Below, piece after piece: positions 15,984 to 33,968 of a stretch of DNA of 64,000 bases. Position 1 is the first letter of the stretch, and every line of letters begins with the position of its first letter. The notes under the pieces are model-generated. The model saw only the letters and a program-made list of their open reading frames with translations. It made no database searches and was not told where the DNA came from. This stretch comes from the human T2T-CHM13v2.0 reference genome, Homo sapiens. Position numbers and translations under genes: made by a program. The stretch lies in NCBI RefSeq assembly GCF_009914755.1, contig NC_060936.1, one strand, 5' to 3'.

Positions 15984-17008
15984 AAAGATGGCTGAATAGG
16001 AACAGCTCCAGTCTACAGCTCCCAGCATGAGCGATGCAGAAGACGGGTGATTTCTGCATTTCCATCGGAGGTACCGGGTTCATCTCACTAGGGAGTGCCA
16101 GACAGTGGGCACAGGTCAGTGGGTGCAGCGCACCATGCGTGAGCCAAAGCAGGGTGAGGCATTGCCTCACTCGGGAAGCACAAGGGGTCAGGGAGTTCCC
16201 TTTCCTAGTCAAAGAAAGTGGTGACAGACGGCATCTGGAAAATTGGGTCACTCCCACATGAATACTGAGCTTTTCTGACGGGCTTAAAAAACGGCACACC
16301 AGGAGATTATATCCCGCACCTGGCTCGGAGGGTCCTACGCCCACGGAGTCTCACTGATTGCTAGCACAGCAGTCTGAGATCAAACTGCAAGGCGGCACCG
16401 AGGCTGGGGGAGGGGCGCCCGCCATTGCGCAGGCTTGCTTAGGTAAACAAAGCAGCCCAGAAGCTCCAACTGGGTGGAGCCCACCACAGCTCAAGGAGGC
16501 CTGCATGCCTCTGTAGGCTCCACCTCTGGGGGCAGGGCACAGACAAACAAAAAGACAGCAGCAACCTCTGCAGACTTAAATGTCCCTGTCTGACAGCTTC
16601 GAAGAGAGCAGTGGTTCTCCCAGCATGCAGCTGGAGATCTGAGAACAGGCAGACTGCCTCCTCAAGTGGGTCCCTGACACCTGACCTCCGGGCAGCCTAA
16701 CTGGGAGGCACCACCCAGCAGGGGCAGACTGACACTTCACACGGCCGGGTACTCCTCTGAGACAAAACTTCCAGAGGAACGATCAGACAGCAGCATTTAC
16801 GGTTCATGAAAAACCGCTGTTCTGAAAACACTGCTGCTGATACCCAGGCAAACAGGGTCTGGAGTGGACCTCTAGCAAACTCCAACAGACCTGCAGCTGA
16901 GGGTCCTGTCTGTTAGAAGGAAAACTAACAAACAGAAAGGAAATCCACACCAAAAACCCATCTGTACATCACCATCATCAAAGACCAAAAGTAGATAAAA
17001 CCACAAAG
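15984..17008 (+). promoter_or_regulatory. L1 5'UTR internal sense/antisense promoter; YY1 core kept, ~129-bp ZNF93-bound segment present
   Basis: aagatggc at the start; segment 16756-16883 between actcc direct repeats that is absent from L1HS/L1PA2. Confidence 0.8.
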
Positions 17009-18020
17009 ATGGGGAAAAAACAGAGCAGAAAACAGGAAACTCTAAAAAGCAGAGCGCCTCTCCTCCTCCAAAGGAACACAGTTCCTCACCAGCAATGGAA
17101 CAAAGTTGGACAGAGAATGACTTTGAAGAGCTGAGAGAAGAAGGCTTCAGACGATCAAACTACGAGCTACAGGACGGAACTCAAACCAAAGGCAAAGAAG
17201 TTAAAAACTTTGAAAAAAATTTAGATGAATGTATAACTAGAATAACCAATACAGAGTAGTGCTTAAAGGAGCTGATGGAGCTGAAAGCCAAGGCTCGAGA
17301 ACTATGTGAAGAATGCAGAAGCCTCAGGAGCTGATGTGATCAACTGGAAGAAAGGGTATCAGCAATGGAAGATGAAATGAATGAAATGAAGCGAGAAGGA
17401 AAGTTTAGAGAAAAAAGAATAAAAAGAAGTGAACAAAGCCTCCAAGAAATATGGGACTATGTGAAAAGACCAAATCTACGTCTGATTGGTGTACCTGAAA
17501 GTGATGGGGAGAATGGAACCAAGTTGGAAACAGTCTGCAGGATATTACCCAGGACAACTTCCCCAATCTAGCAAGGCAGGCCAACATTCACATTCAGGAA
17601 ATACAGAGAATGCCACAAAGATACTCCTCGAGAAGAGCAACTCCAAGACACATAATTGTCAGATTCACCAAAGTTGAAATGAAGGAAAAAATGTTAACGG
17701 CAGCTAGAGAGAAAGGTCGGGTTACCCACAAAGGGAAGCCCATCAGACTAACAGCGGATCTCTCGGCAGAAACTCTACAAGCCAGAAGAGAGTGGGGGCC
17801 AATATTCAACATTCTTAAAGAAAAGAATTTTCAACCCAGAATTTCATATCCAGCCAAACTCAGCTTCATAAGTGAAGGAGAAATAAAATACTTTACAGAC
17901 AAGCAAATGCTGAGAGATTTTGTCACCACCAGGCCTGCCCTAAAAGAGCTCCTGAAGGAAGCACTGAACATGGAAAGGAACAACCAGTACCAGCCGCTGC
18001 AAAATCATGCCAAAATGTAA
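17009..18020 (+). pseudogene. L1 ORF1p remnant (frameshifts/stops)
   Basis: atggggaaaaaacag start; track fragments EIWDYVKRPNLRLIGVPE and RATPRHIIVRF...LQNHAKM lie in different frames. Confidence 0.92.
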
Positions 18021-18083
18021 AGACCATCGAGAATAGGAAGAAACTGCATCAACTAAGGAGCAAAATAACCAGCTAACATCATA

Positions 18084-22000
<3,917 letters not shown>

Positions 22001-22604
22001 TAATGCTAGATGACGAGTTAATGGGTGCAGCACACCAGCATGGCACATGTATACATATGTAACTAACTTGCACATTGTGCACATGTACCCTAAAACTTAA
22101 AGTATAATAATAAAAAAAATAAATAAATAAAAAAAGAATTTACCTTGCTTTCATGTAACTTTTTTCTTATTTTTTACATTTATATTTTTTCTATTTTAGC
22201 GTAGGAAATAGGGTTCATCTTAAGTAATTTTTTACAATTATTTTTAGCTTTTCTTTAATAAAAGACTAAATATTTTATTGACATACAATAATCAATTCCA
22301 CACTTTTGTTTTTGTTTCAATTTTAATTTATTTAATAATATATATTTAGAGTCTGTTAGTTCACGGCACTGTGCTTGGTGATGGGGATAGTACTAGGTTA
22401 AGGCCTTTCTCTTTATTTTAATCATTGCTGCTCTCCTAACTTTAGGTAAAACAAATTCACAATTTATTTTCTGTATTGGGAAGAATGCCTTATAGTTGAG
22501 ACATGCAAATATATATATTTTAATTTTTAATGGTTTTTAACTTTTTAACATTTTTATGTAAAATTATTTTATTCATTAGAACATATAAATAAATGAATGA
22601 ATAA

Positions 22605-23186
22605 ATAAACACTCTAAGCATAAATATAAATGGAAAACAAGAGGCTTAATTCTCCCTGGTGAAAAAGCAGGAAGAAATTTCTCTCACTTGTCAGAGCATT
22701 ACCTTGGAAAACTTGAAATTGTGAATACTTTCTTATGGCTTTTTGTTGCATATAAATCCTTTTGAAGATTGAATATGCCTTTTGTCAGCTTGATGACCCA
22801 AGAGTGTATTTCTCCAGAACCTGAGAGCCATGTCTTTGGAATGTATGCAAGGAAGAGAGCATCTCTCCCAGTTTCCATGAAAGAGCAGAGCCTAACTTCA
22901 GTGGGCACCTTGCTCCAAGTTGTAAAACTACTTCCTATCACAAAGATATGAGAAGTTTGTTTCTCCTCTGGATCAAGCCAATTAACTAACACAGATGGTC
23001 ACCCCAATTACCAGATCAATTAAAAATAAACTATGTGTGACTAATGGTACCGTCATGTCCTCTTTCCTGAGAACTAGTTATTGTTTATCTTGAAAACATG
23101 CACATAATAGGTTGTATCTGCTTGTCTATACAAAAAGGTGAGGTTTACTTTTGTCCTTGCAGTCCCGTAGGAAGCAGATTGCCTGG
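22605..23186 (+). mobile_element. MER67-like ERV1 LTR, 3' end missing or eroded
   Basis: taattctccctg...gagcctaacttcagtgggcaccttgctccaagttg...aacacagatggtcaccccaattaccag matches recalled MER67 motifs. Confidence 0.7.
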
Positions 23187-24959
23187 TATTGATGTTTAAG
23201 TGTTACCAATGGAGTGGCAAATATTTACGATACTAAAGTAAATGTGAAAACAAGAAAAAGAACTTAAATGTAAGATGGAAGTTTTCCAAAAGCCTTTCAC
23301 ATTTTCACTGTGAGCTATTCTTCCACCCTCATTCAAACATATCTGCTTCAATATCTTCATGTTCCAATTAAGCAAATTATTTGGTGGCTTTTACAGACAC
23401 CTCATGCTTCTACTTTTGCACTTTAGCACACCCTCTCTTTTCAAATGAATGTGCTTCTTCCATCTCCAAATATTAAATAATATATATCTTTATTTATACT
23501 CTTATTACAAAATTTATTTACCTACCTGTATGTGTTTCTATGTGCATGTGCTTTATGTTCCTGTGATACTGTAATCCTCATAGGCAGAATCTGTGATTTG
23601 TTTACCTTCTTCAGAAAAACAAGACTGGAAGATCTGAAAGAAATAACATAGTGATGGCCAGAGGCATTGCATATAAGAAATGCCTCAGATGAGAGCCACT
23701 CCACATTTTTCTAGCATCATAATTGCTATAATTGTTTTTACTTCATATAGCATATTTAGACATGCATACCATCTCTTATCTCTTACCACAGTTCTGAGTT
23801 ATCTTGAAAAATTTCTCCTATTGAGCCTCAAAAATTTACAATAAACATTTGTATGTTTATTTTAAGATGATTAGCATCATGCTTAATATTTATTATAATC
23901 CATGCTATATCTATTACAGAAGCCCAAAAAATTCTAATGAAATCATCATAAATGATGCTGATCATTCTTTAATGTATCAAATCAAATGACAAGTGAAAAA
24001 CTATAGTTTGGTTGACTTCACATTGGAAATGGTTAGGAGGGGATACAATGTCATGTTTTGCTGAATTGGTTTTTGTTTTTCTATTAAATATACTCTTCTT
24101 TCTAAAATGTAAACAAGAAAAGTCAATTAAATATTACCCTAAACTAGCAAAGTATAAGCATAATGACGCCCCAAAGCGTTTTCACAGTTTACAGGCCTCA
24201 GAATTGAGAGAGCATTTCAAAATGTTGAGTGAGGTAATTTCTGTAAATAATTTCTAAAAGTCAGTGCTTTACAAATATTTGTTTTAGAACATGGAATTTA
24301 AGCTTACACTACTAGCAAAAACATAGAATAAACCTTAGAAAATTCTATTTTTTGACAATAGGCAAGAGAAGAGAAAGGATCAAGGAAATGGCTTAACAGC
24401 AAAATGGGAAAAATATTTTTAAAAACTTTAAATATTTAAAAAATCAACATCTTAAAGCTAAAAAGTGTTTTTATTTTTTGAAGAGTACAGAAAGATTCCT
24501 AGGGAAAAGTGGTAACCTAAGTAAAAACATAAACATGATTTGGGCCTCTGCTTTATCTTCACCCCAGAATCATCCTCCTAAACTTTAAAATAGGAGATAC
24601 TTTGCACAAGCTCTGTTGGCAGTAGAGCCCAATGACTACCAAGAGCAACAACTCCTACGTGCCGAAGTCAGTCTGATTAATTTTATTTGCAATCAACAGA
24701 GTTCTGAATGACACAGCTACACTAGACAAGGGGTGAATGACAATGAAGGAGGAAGTGACAGTAATGCAGTGGATAGAAAGGCATGATTAACAAAGAAAGC
24801 GCAATTCTTCATTGACCAGAAGATAGGAATTGCTGTCCAGTAACGTTAGACAAGCAACTACAATGGCAGTTTTAATAGTGAAGGTAAAGCAAATCTATCA
24901 TTATTAGCATATGGCAAAGTTATCTGGAAGATTCATCTGAAATATATATATATAAAGTG

Positions 24960-25200
<241 letters not shown>

Positions 25201-26329
25201 TTACATTATAATACACCAAAACATATAGCTTTGTATAAAAAATAATAACCAATTAGTCAACTTAATAAAAATGTTTCAAGAAATGATAGAAGCTACACAA
25301 ATAATTTAGTAAAAATAAAATAATCATAACAAATAAAGGAAAGACATGAATAAATAGAGATAAAAAACTAGGAGATAGATAGAAGGCCAAAGCAGAGGAT
25401 AACACCAAATATCCACACACTTCAAAAATAATGTTTTAGGTTTGTTATTAAATAAAGCATACAAGAAAGCTATCAATTATCTAAGGGGTGTAAAAAAAAT
25501 AGAAGCTCATGATTAAAACATATGAAGCTTCACCCAGGGAAATGGGATACACATCTTCATCAACATTAATGAGTACTAGAATGCATATGAGACCAAAAGC
25601 CATACCATCTAACCACAGTGATGCAAGCTTCAATATACCAGTGAAAAACATTTTTAATTATCCCACTCCTCATAACCTGTCAATTTCCTTAATGGTGGTT
25701 TAGCTTTCACATGTATTTCTACACATTAAAAATAAAGGACAACAAATTTTAACTAGAATCTAATTCAACTCAATTTAATCCAAGTGTGTCAGGAAAAATA
25801 AAACAGCTTGTCATTGAAAATCTGCATTATGAATGACAGTTTCAAAATCTGAGCCAACATAACTGTAAGTTAAAATTAAATTGCCTTTGAGTTTAAACAA
25901 ATGTTAATTTAAATATGTCTCCTTTTTAACTTCATAAAATTCTCAGGTTTTCATAAGTAACTACATTTTAAAGAAAATAATTTTTAGTCTAATATGAATT
26001 TTGTATGAATATTTTGGCCATATAAATCATAAATATTTTTTAAGTGTTTCCTTGGTATTTTATCTCTGTATCTCACTAAGTCTAGTGCTTTAAGTGAACA
26101 AACTCAAATTAAATATGGAATTGTATGGCCAATCTGGGAAGATATGAATATTGATGAAACTCTTATGTCAGTGTAAAAACATTAGGTTTTCAGCCAAGAA
26201 ATCTTAATTTATATTATAGAACATATGTATATGCTTTATACAATAGATCAAAATTTATTTTTAGAAACTGTGAATTGGGACTCATGGTTTTTCATTTTTG
26301 TTTGTTTCAATAAACAACTGATATTATCA

Positions 26330-26740
26330 GTTCAGGTATCTTTAGAAAGAAACTATGACACAAACTTATTTAAACAGTAAGGGCTGCTTCCTATCTCACA
26401 TAATACAATATCTGAGTTAAGGCAGGTATACAATTGATTGATATGAAACCTTTAACACACTGTCAAAGACCTAAGTTTCATTTTGAATACTCGAGATGCT
26501 TTTTATCATCATAAGACGCAGGGTTCCAAGCACGATATCCGTATATAACATCATTCTAAAGATAGTGTCCCATCTTGTACATCTCATTTCAGATGGAAGT
26601 GAACTATTCCCAAAAGATCTCTGACCCACCATATTTTCTCATAATTATCCAAAATTTAATTTTAAAATTTAATTTAATTTAAGTCTACTTCAAGATTGGA
26701 ATTTAGCCTTAACCAGGATACAGAGTTAACTTCACCTGAG
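26330..26740. mobile_element. Degenerate MLT1K/L-like LTR
   Basis: tatctcacataatacaatatctgagttaaggcagg...tgtcaaagacctaag resembles old MLT1. Confidence 0.4.
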
Positions 26741-27381
26741 CTGAGTTTCTATTAAGAAGCACCATAAAATATTTAAATAAAAAAGTATATGTCCTCACCT
26801 CAGGCAATTCATAATATTTCCAATATAATATTCAATATTAATATCATGTCAAAAAATCATTACTATTTCTTTCCTCTGAAGAATTAAAGACATTAAAAGA
26901 ATTCTGACATGCAAACCAAAAGATCTCATCTAAGACCTGCCATTCTCCAGTCATGTAATCTTTGATAAGTTTTTTATATATATATATAAACTTGATTTAT
27001 ATATTTGAAAAATAAGAATAAAATTAATAGCCCTGTAAGCACTTTAGAACTTGAGATGCAAACAGCTATGTATTTCAATGTACTTTAAAAATTATAATGT
27101 AGTGTACAAATTTGAATTATACTTATTATTTATTGCTTGATATCTTGTCACAGAATTAAAAGATAAAAATAAAATAGTCACTATTTAAACTTAACTCATA
27201 TCTACATATCAATTTTGTTCCAATGGGGAAGCAAGTTGGCAGTAGAAAAGTAATGAAGAGTAGACTATTCAATGAGATGTATTCAGAAAATAATAAAAAT
27301 TTTCTTCTTTACACCACTGCAATTGCAATGATTTCCACTCTAGGATGTTTCATCTTACAAGCAAAGTCAGCAATAGGTTTT

Positions 27382-30300
27382 TTAAAATATTTTTAATTTA
27401 TGTGGGTACATGGTAGGTAGATACATTGATAGGGTACATAAGATATTTTGATATAGGCATGCAATATGTAATAATCACATTGTGAAAAATGAGTATCCAC
27501 CCCTTCAAGCATTTATCCTTTGTGTTACAATTAAATTTACTCTTAGTTATTTTAAAATGTACAATTAAATTATAATTGACTATAGTCACCCTATTTTGCT
27601 ATCAAATACTTGGTTTATTTATTCTTTTTTTGTACCCGTTAACAATCTCCATCTCCTCTTCACCCCTCACTACCCTTCCAAGCTCTAGGAAATATCCTTC
27701 TACTCTCTATCTACATGAGTTCAATTGTTTTGATTTTTAGATCCAACAAATAACTGAGAACATGGCTTATAGCCAAAAGATAGGCAATAACAAATGCTGG
27801 CAAGGATCTGAAGGAAAAGGAACGCTCTTACACTGTTTGTGGGAATGTAAATGAGTACAACCACTATGGAGAAGAGATTTGAGATTCTCCCCAAAACTCG
27901 GAAGAGAGTCACCATATAAGGCAACAGTCCCACTGCTGGATATATATCCAAAATGAAGAAAATCAGTATATAGAAGAGATATCTGCACTTTCATGTTTGT
28001 TGCAGCACCGTTCATGATAGCCAAGATTTGGTGGCAACCTAAGCATCTACCAAAAGATTAATGAATAAAGAAAATGTGGTACATATACACAATGGAGTAC
28101 TATTTAGCCATTAAAAAGAATAAGCTCCTGTCATTTGCAATAACATGGATAAAACTGGAGGTCATTATGTTAACTGAAATAAGCCAGGCACAGAAAGACA
28201 AACATCCCATAGTTCTGCAGTGTGATTTGAAGTCAGGTAATGTGATTCCTTCAGTTTTGATCTTTTTGCTCAGGGTAGCTTTGGCTGTTCTGGGTCTTTT
28301 GTGGTTCTACATACATTTTAATATAGTTTTTATAGTTTTTGTGAAGACTGTCATTAGTATTTTGATAGGGATTGCATTGAATCTGTAGATTAATTGGGTG
28401 GTATGTGCATTTTAACAATTTGATTCTTCTAATCTATGAACATGGAATATCTTTCCATTTTTTGTGTCTTCTTCAATTTCTTTCATCAGTGTTTTATAAT
28501 TTTAACTGTGGAGATCTTTCGCTTCTTTGGTTAATTCCGAGGTGTTATATTTGTTTGTGTGTATTGTAAATGGACATACATTTTTATTTCTTTTTCAGAC
28601 TGTTCACTGTTGGCATATAGAAATATTATTGATTTTTGTATGTTGATTTTGTATCCTGCAACTTAACTGAATTTATCAGTTCTAATAGTTTTTTTGATGG
28701 CATCTTTAGGTTTTTCCAAATATAAGATCATGTCACCTGCAAAGATAGATAATTTAACTTCTTCCTTTCCAATTTGGATGCCCTTTCTTTATTTCTCATC
28801 TGATTGCTCTAGCTAGGGCTTGTCAAATAACAATGGTAAAAGTGGGCACCCTTGTCATGTTCCAGATCTTACAGAAAAGGTTTTCAGGTGTTCCTCATTC
28901 AGGATGATACTAACTGTGGGTCTGTCATACATGGCTTTTATTATGTTGAGGTATATTCCTTCTATATCTAGTTTTTAAAGTGTCTTTATCATGAAGCGAT
29001 GTTAAATTTTATCGAAAGCTTTTGCAATGTCAATTGAAATGATATGTTTTTTGTCCTTTATTCTGTTGATATGATATATCACATTGATTGAGCTGCATCT
29101 ATTTTAACATCCCTGCATTGCTGGGATAAATCCCACTTGGTCATGATGAATGATCTTTTTAATGCGTTGTTGAATTTTGTTTGCTATTTTTATTTCTCAG
29201 AGATATTGGCCTGTATTTTTCTTCTTCTTCTTTTTTTTTTTTTTTTTTTGATGCATCTTTGGTTTTAGTATCAGGGTAATATTAGTCCCATGGAATGAGT
29301 TTGGAAGTATTCCCTCCTACTCTATTTTTCAGAATACTTTGAGTAGGATTGATATAAGTTCTTCTTTAAATGGTTTGTAGAATTCAGTAGTGAAGCCATC
29401 GGGTCCCAGGCTCTTCTTTATTGGAAAACTTTTTATTGCAGCTTTGATCTCATTACTTGTTATTGGTCTGTTCAAGTTGTTGATTTCTTCATAATTTAAA
29501 CTTGGTAGGTTGTGTGTGTCTATGAATTTGTCCATTTCCTTTAGATTTTCCAGTTTATTGGCATATAGTTACTCATAATAACTACTAATAATCCTTTGAA
29601 TTTCAGTGATATCAGGACTTCTATAACCACTACTTGGCTACCATCTATGTTCACTCAAGTTTCTAGGGCACTACGATCAGCAGACAGTGAAGCCAGACAA
29701 GTGTTTGTCCTTCCCTTCAGGGCAGTGAGTTCTCCCAGGCCCCAGGCAGGTCCAGAGATACTGCCTGGGAGCCAGGGATTGGAGTCAAAAACCTTGTAAA
29801 TTTACCTGATGTTCTATTCCACTGTGGCTAATCTGGAATCAAACCACAATTCAAAGTCCTCCTGTTCTTGTCTCCCCTTTCCATATGCAGAAGAGTCACA
29901 AACACCTCTGGCCTCTGGGGGTTCTGTCAGGTCCCCACTGTTCACTTAGAGCTCAAGAGTTCTTCAATTAGCTTGTGGTGAATGCTACCAGGCCTGGGAC
30001 TCACCCTTTAGGGTAGTGGGCTCACCTCTGACCCAGGACAGGTCCATAAATACTATCAAAAAGCCTAGGCCTGGACCTCAGGGACCTCAGGAGCCTGGTT
30101 TGTGCTCTACCTCACGATAGCCGAGCTGATACCTAAGGTGCAAGACAAAGTCCCTTTTACTTTTCTCTCTGTTTTCCTCAGGCAGGTGTCTTTCATTGTA
30201 GTCACCACAGCTGGGAATGTGCTGGCTCACACCTGAAGCCAGTACATCTCAGAGTTCAAGGCCCATGATATACTACCTGTGTATCCCCACTGGTTATTCC

Positions 30301-31204
30301 AGGCCTAGGGGTTCTTCTGTCAGCAGGTGATGAATCCTGGCAGAATTGGGTCCTTCCCTTCAAGGCAGCAGGTTCCCTTCTGGCCCAGGGTACATCTAAA
30401 AACTGTTGTCTGGGAGCTGGGGCCTGGAATGGGGGCCTCATGACCCTGCCCAGTGCCCTATCTTAGTGTGGCTGAGCTGGTGTCCAAGGTGCAAGACAAA
30501 GTCTTTTTTCATCTTCACTGTCCTTTCTTTAAGCAGAAGGAAGAAGTCACTTTCATTGCTGGGAGCTGCACTGCCTGACGCTGAAGGAGGGGTGTTGCAA
30601 GCACTCACTTAGCTGCCCCAGTTTGTGTCTCCCTAGGTCATGTGCCACACTAGTACACTGGCTCTAAGCCCAGCTCAGCATTAGAAGTTACTGAGGAATT
30701 TCAGTCCTTATGTCCTAGACTGCCTTTCAGATTTATCTAGGACCCCAGAGCACTTTGGCCCGAGTTGATGAGGTTTGCTGAGAAACTCAAGTTCTGACCA
30801 CTGGGACAGGCAAGTTCCCTCTGGCTAGGTCTCGTCCAAATGCTCCCTCTGTGTGTGTGCTGGCCGAGCCCAGTTCAGCTTTGCTCTCCACTGTGACAAA
30901 GCAGCGCTGAGTTCAATGTAAAGTTCCTCAGTCACTGCGCTCTCCCACCCACAAGTACACGGCCTCTTTCTCTGCATCTTATGGCCACTTCCAGGGGATA
31001 GAGAAGGGTGGAACCAGTGATGCAATACTGTCTCTCCCACCCTCTTCAATTCCTCCTTTAATGATGTGAAGTTAAAACCATGTACTGTGATTGCTCACTT
31101 GGTTTTTGGTTCTCGTGACAGTTCTTCTCTGTGTGTAGATAGTTGTTCAAATTTAGTGTTTCTACTTCTATTCTGTCATGTTGCTCTCTGCCTCTCTAGT
31201 TTTC
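27382..31204 (-). mobile_element. L1MA2/L1MA3-like LINE-1 with both ends kept but internally inverted and deleted
   Basis: 3' end (-) 27382-27764; ORF2 C-term/3'UTR on + 27765-28206; ORF2 on - 28207-29615; 5'UTR on - 29616-31195 with subrepeats (aaggtgcaagacaaagtc at ~30135 and ~30487); TSD tcagcaata..tttt at 27367-27381 and 31205-31219. Confidence 0.85.
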
Positions 31205-31424
31205 TCAGCAATATATTTTGTTGCCATGGTTGTTGTCAGTAAAGACACAAGTGTAGGTGAAAACGAACAAAAGTACCTTGTATGTGTAAGCATTGTGCTA
31301 CATGCACCTTATGTCCATAAAAAGAGGAGTAATAGGTTAATAAAACCCAGTCCTCATGTTAAAGAAATGTTTCAATATGGAGGAAGAGACCACCACATAC
31401 ACATAAAATGCTTATAGAACCATG

Positions 31425-31535
31425 AAGTGTAGATGTTAAACATACAGAATCAGAAAGATATGGATTTATATCCCAGCTCTGGTGAAGACTGCCTTTTTAA
31501 CTTTGGGCAATATATTTCATATCTCTGAGCTTCCA
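31425..31535 (+). mobile_element. MIR remnant
   Basis: gaatcagaaagatatggatttatatcccagctctg...ctttgggcaa...tctctgagcttcc. Confidence 0.6.
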
Positions 31536-32567
31536 GAATCTTTTTAACATACCACACAATGCTCCCAAATTTTTCCTGATTTCTTATTCAAAATTAAGAA
31601 ACTAACATATTAATATAATAGTGAGTTTATAAGCGACACTATAATATATTATTTGTCAAATGATAAGTTGCTTACAAGATTCTACATGAGGTTAGAGCAT
31701 TTGAGAGAAAAGAAAGTAAAATCCAGAGGAAAGGATTTAGGCATAGGTTTCCTGGTTCTTCTTTGATAAATACAACTGTCTAGTAAACAGCAAATAAACT
31801 TTAACTGCTATAGTTTAGCAGTTAAAAATATAAATAGTTTGATCAAATCAAATATAGTACACATCTATCAATCTAAATATGTTTTAGCTTCCCTTTTGTT
31901 CTCTAAGCAATGGAAATATAATTTTGCTTCTTATAGCACCTATGCAAAATCTAATCGTATTTTCTGCATTAGGCTTTTTAAAAGCATCATTAAGTAGAAA
32001 GCAGAGATAAGAACCATTTAATGTTACTCTAACCCTGACGTTTGATTCTATTAAAAAGTGACAGAAGAAAAAGAACTGGTCAGACTAGCCCATTTGATCT
32101 TGTCAGCAACAAAGGCAATTTAAAATTACCAAAGGAATGCCCCATTTGAAATCATTTTAATGTGACTCAACTCTATTTTATTTCTTAAGAGCAATTCCTA
32201 GCATTTCAATTGTTTTCTGCTTAAAACTGTTTTATATCACATTAACACATGATCTCCATTGGAACAATCAATATCAATCAAATTTAATTTATGATTCCCA
32301 TAACTGTAGAATTTCTTTTTCCCCCACTTTTAACACATGGCTGAAGTTTTAATTTTTTTAAAATATTTTCTCTACTTTGTCTATCAGTATATTACCTAAA
32401 ACTATGTTTTTTAAAAGTTCGTTTAAGAGAGTCTCCAAAATATTTCAAACCTAGATGAATATTTTTGTGAAACAAAAGGAAATAAATTAGGAAAAGGAAG
32501 ATGGATTTCAAAAGGAAAACACAAAAAGCATGCTTTCCTTCTTTTTATTTTGATTAAAAATTTTCTC

Positions 32568-32913
<346 letters not shown>

Positions 32914-33064
32914 TCATTACGTGTATCTTGAACAAAAAAGTATTTCAAATATTATTTTTAGAATATTTATATTCATAACACATTTTTTCTCCCCTGCATG
33001 TTTATAAGGATCTAATGGAACAGATGAGGCAAAGACCAACAAATATAAAATTAATGACTAGAGG

Positions 33065-33330
33065 GACTTGAAAAATACAAAACTACAGCTAGATAGGAAT
33101 AAGTTCTAGTGTTCTATAGAACTGTAGGGTAACTATAGTTAATATGTAATTTCAAATAGCTAGAGGGCGGATATTGAATGACCCCAACACAAGGAAATGA
33201 TAAATGTTTGAGATGATGGATAAGCTAACTACCTTGATCTGATCACTATACATTATAAGTATTGAAGCATTGCTACGTACTCCACAAATATGTACAATTA
33301 TTATTTGTGAATTAAAAAATAAAATTTAAA
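33065..33330 (+). mobile_element. L1MA4/5-like 3'-end fragment
   Basis: ctagataggaataagttctagtgttctatag...gaaatgataaatgtttgagatgatggat...tgtacaattattat. Confidence 0.8.
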
Positions 33331-33505
33331 AGATATTTGCATGTTCACCTGTTGTTATCCACTCTATTCTTTCAACAAAAATCATGAACTATTAATAATG
33401 ATCATTTAAGAACAAGGGCATAAGAAAGTTGGCAGTAAAAAAGAAAATAAAAATAAGTCTTTACTATCATCACACCCTCACTGGAATCCAAAAATTCATA
33501 AGAAT

Positions 33506-33968
33506 ATGGAACTTGAGATCATGATGTTAAGTGAAATAAGCCAGGCACAGAAAGACAAACATCACATGTTCTCACTAAAAATCAAAATATTTAAACTCAT
33601 GGACATAGAGATTAGAGGAATGGTTACCAGAGGTTGGGAAGGTAGTGGGGGGCTGTTGTGGGGAGTGGGGATGGTTAATGGATTAAAAAAAATAGAATGA
33701 ATAAGATCTGCTATTTGATAGCATAACAGGGTAACTATAGTCAATAATTTAATTGTACATTTTAAAATAATTAAAAGAGTGCAATTGAATTGTTTATAAT
33801 ACAAACAATAAATGCTTGAGGGGATGGATACCCTATTCTCCATGATGTACTTATTTCACATTGTACGCCTGTATCAAAACATTTTATGTACCCCCCCATA
33901 AATATATACACCTACTAAGGACCCTCAAAAATAAATTAAAACAAAAAAAGTAAACAAAAATATTTTAA
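33506..33968 (+). mobile_element. L1MA2/3-like 3'-end fragment
   Basis: MELEIMMLSEISQAQKDKH end of ORF2 plus 3'UTR homologous to 27382-27764; possible TSD aagaata. Confidence 0.85.

Noticed and set aside
29600-29630. Spliced-L1 origin for the 5'UTR-to-ORF2 junction
   Set aside because: In L1 sense the ORF2 side resumes at ctgatatc, which in the homologous copies is not preceded by AG; a deletion is more plausible
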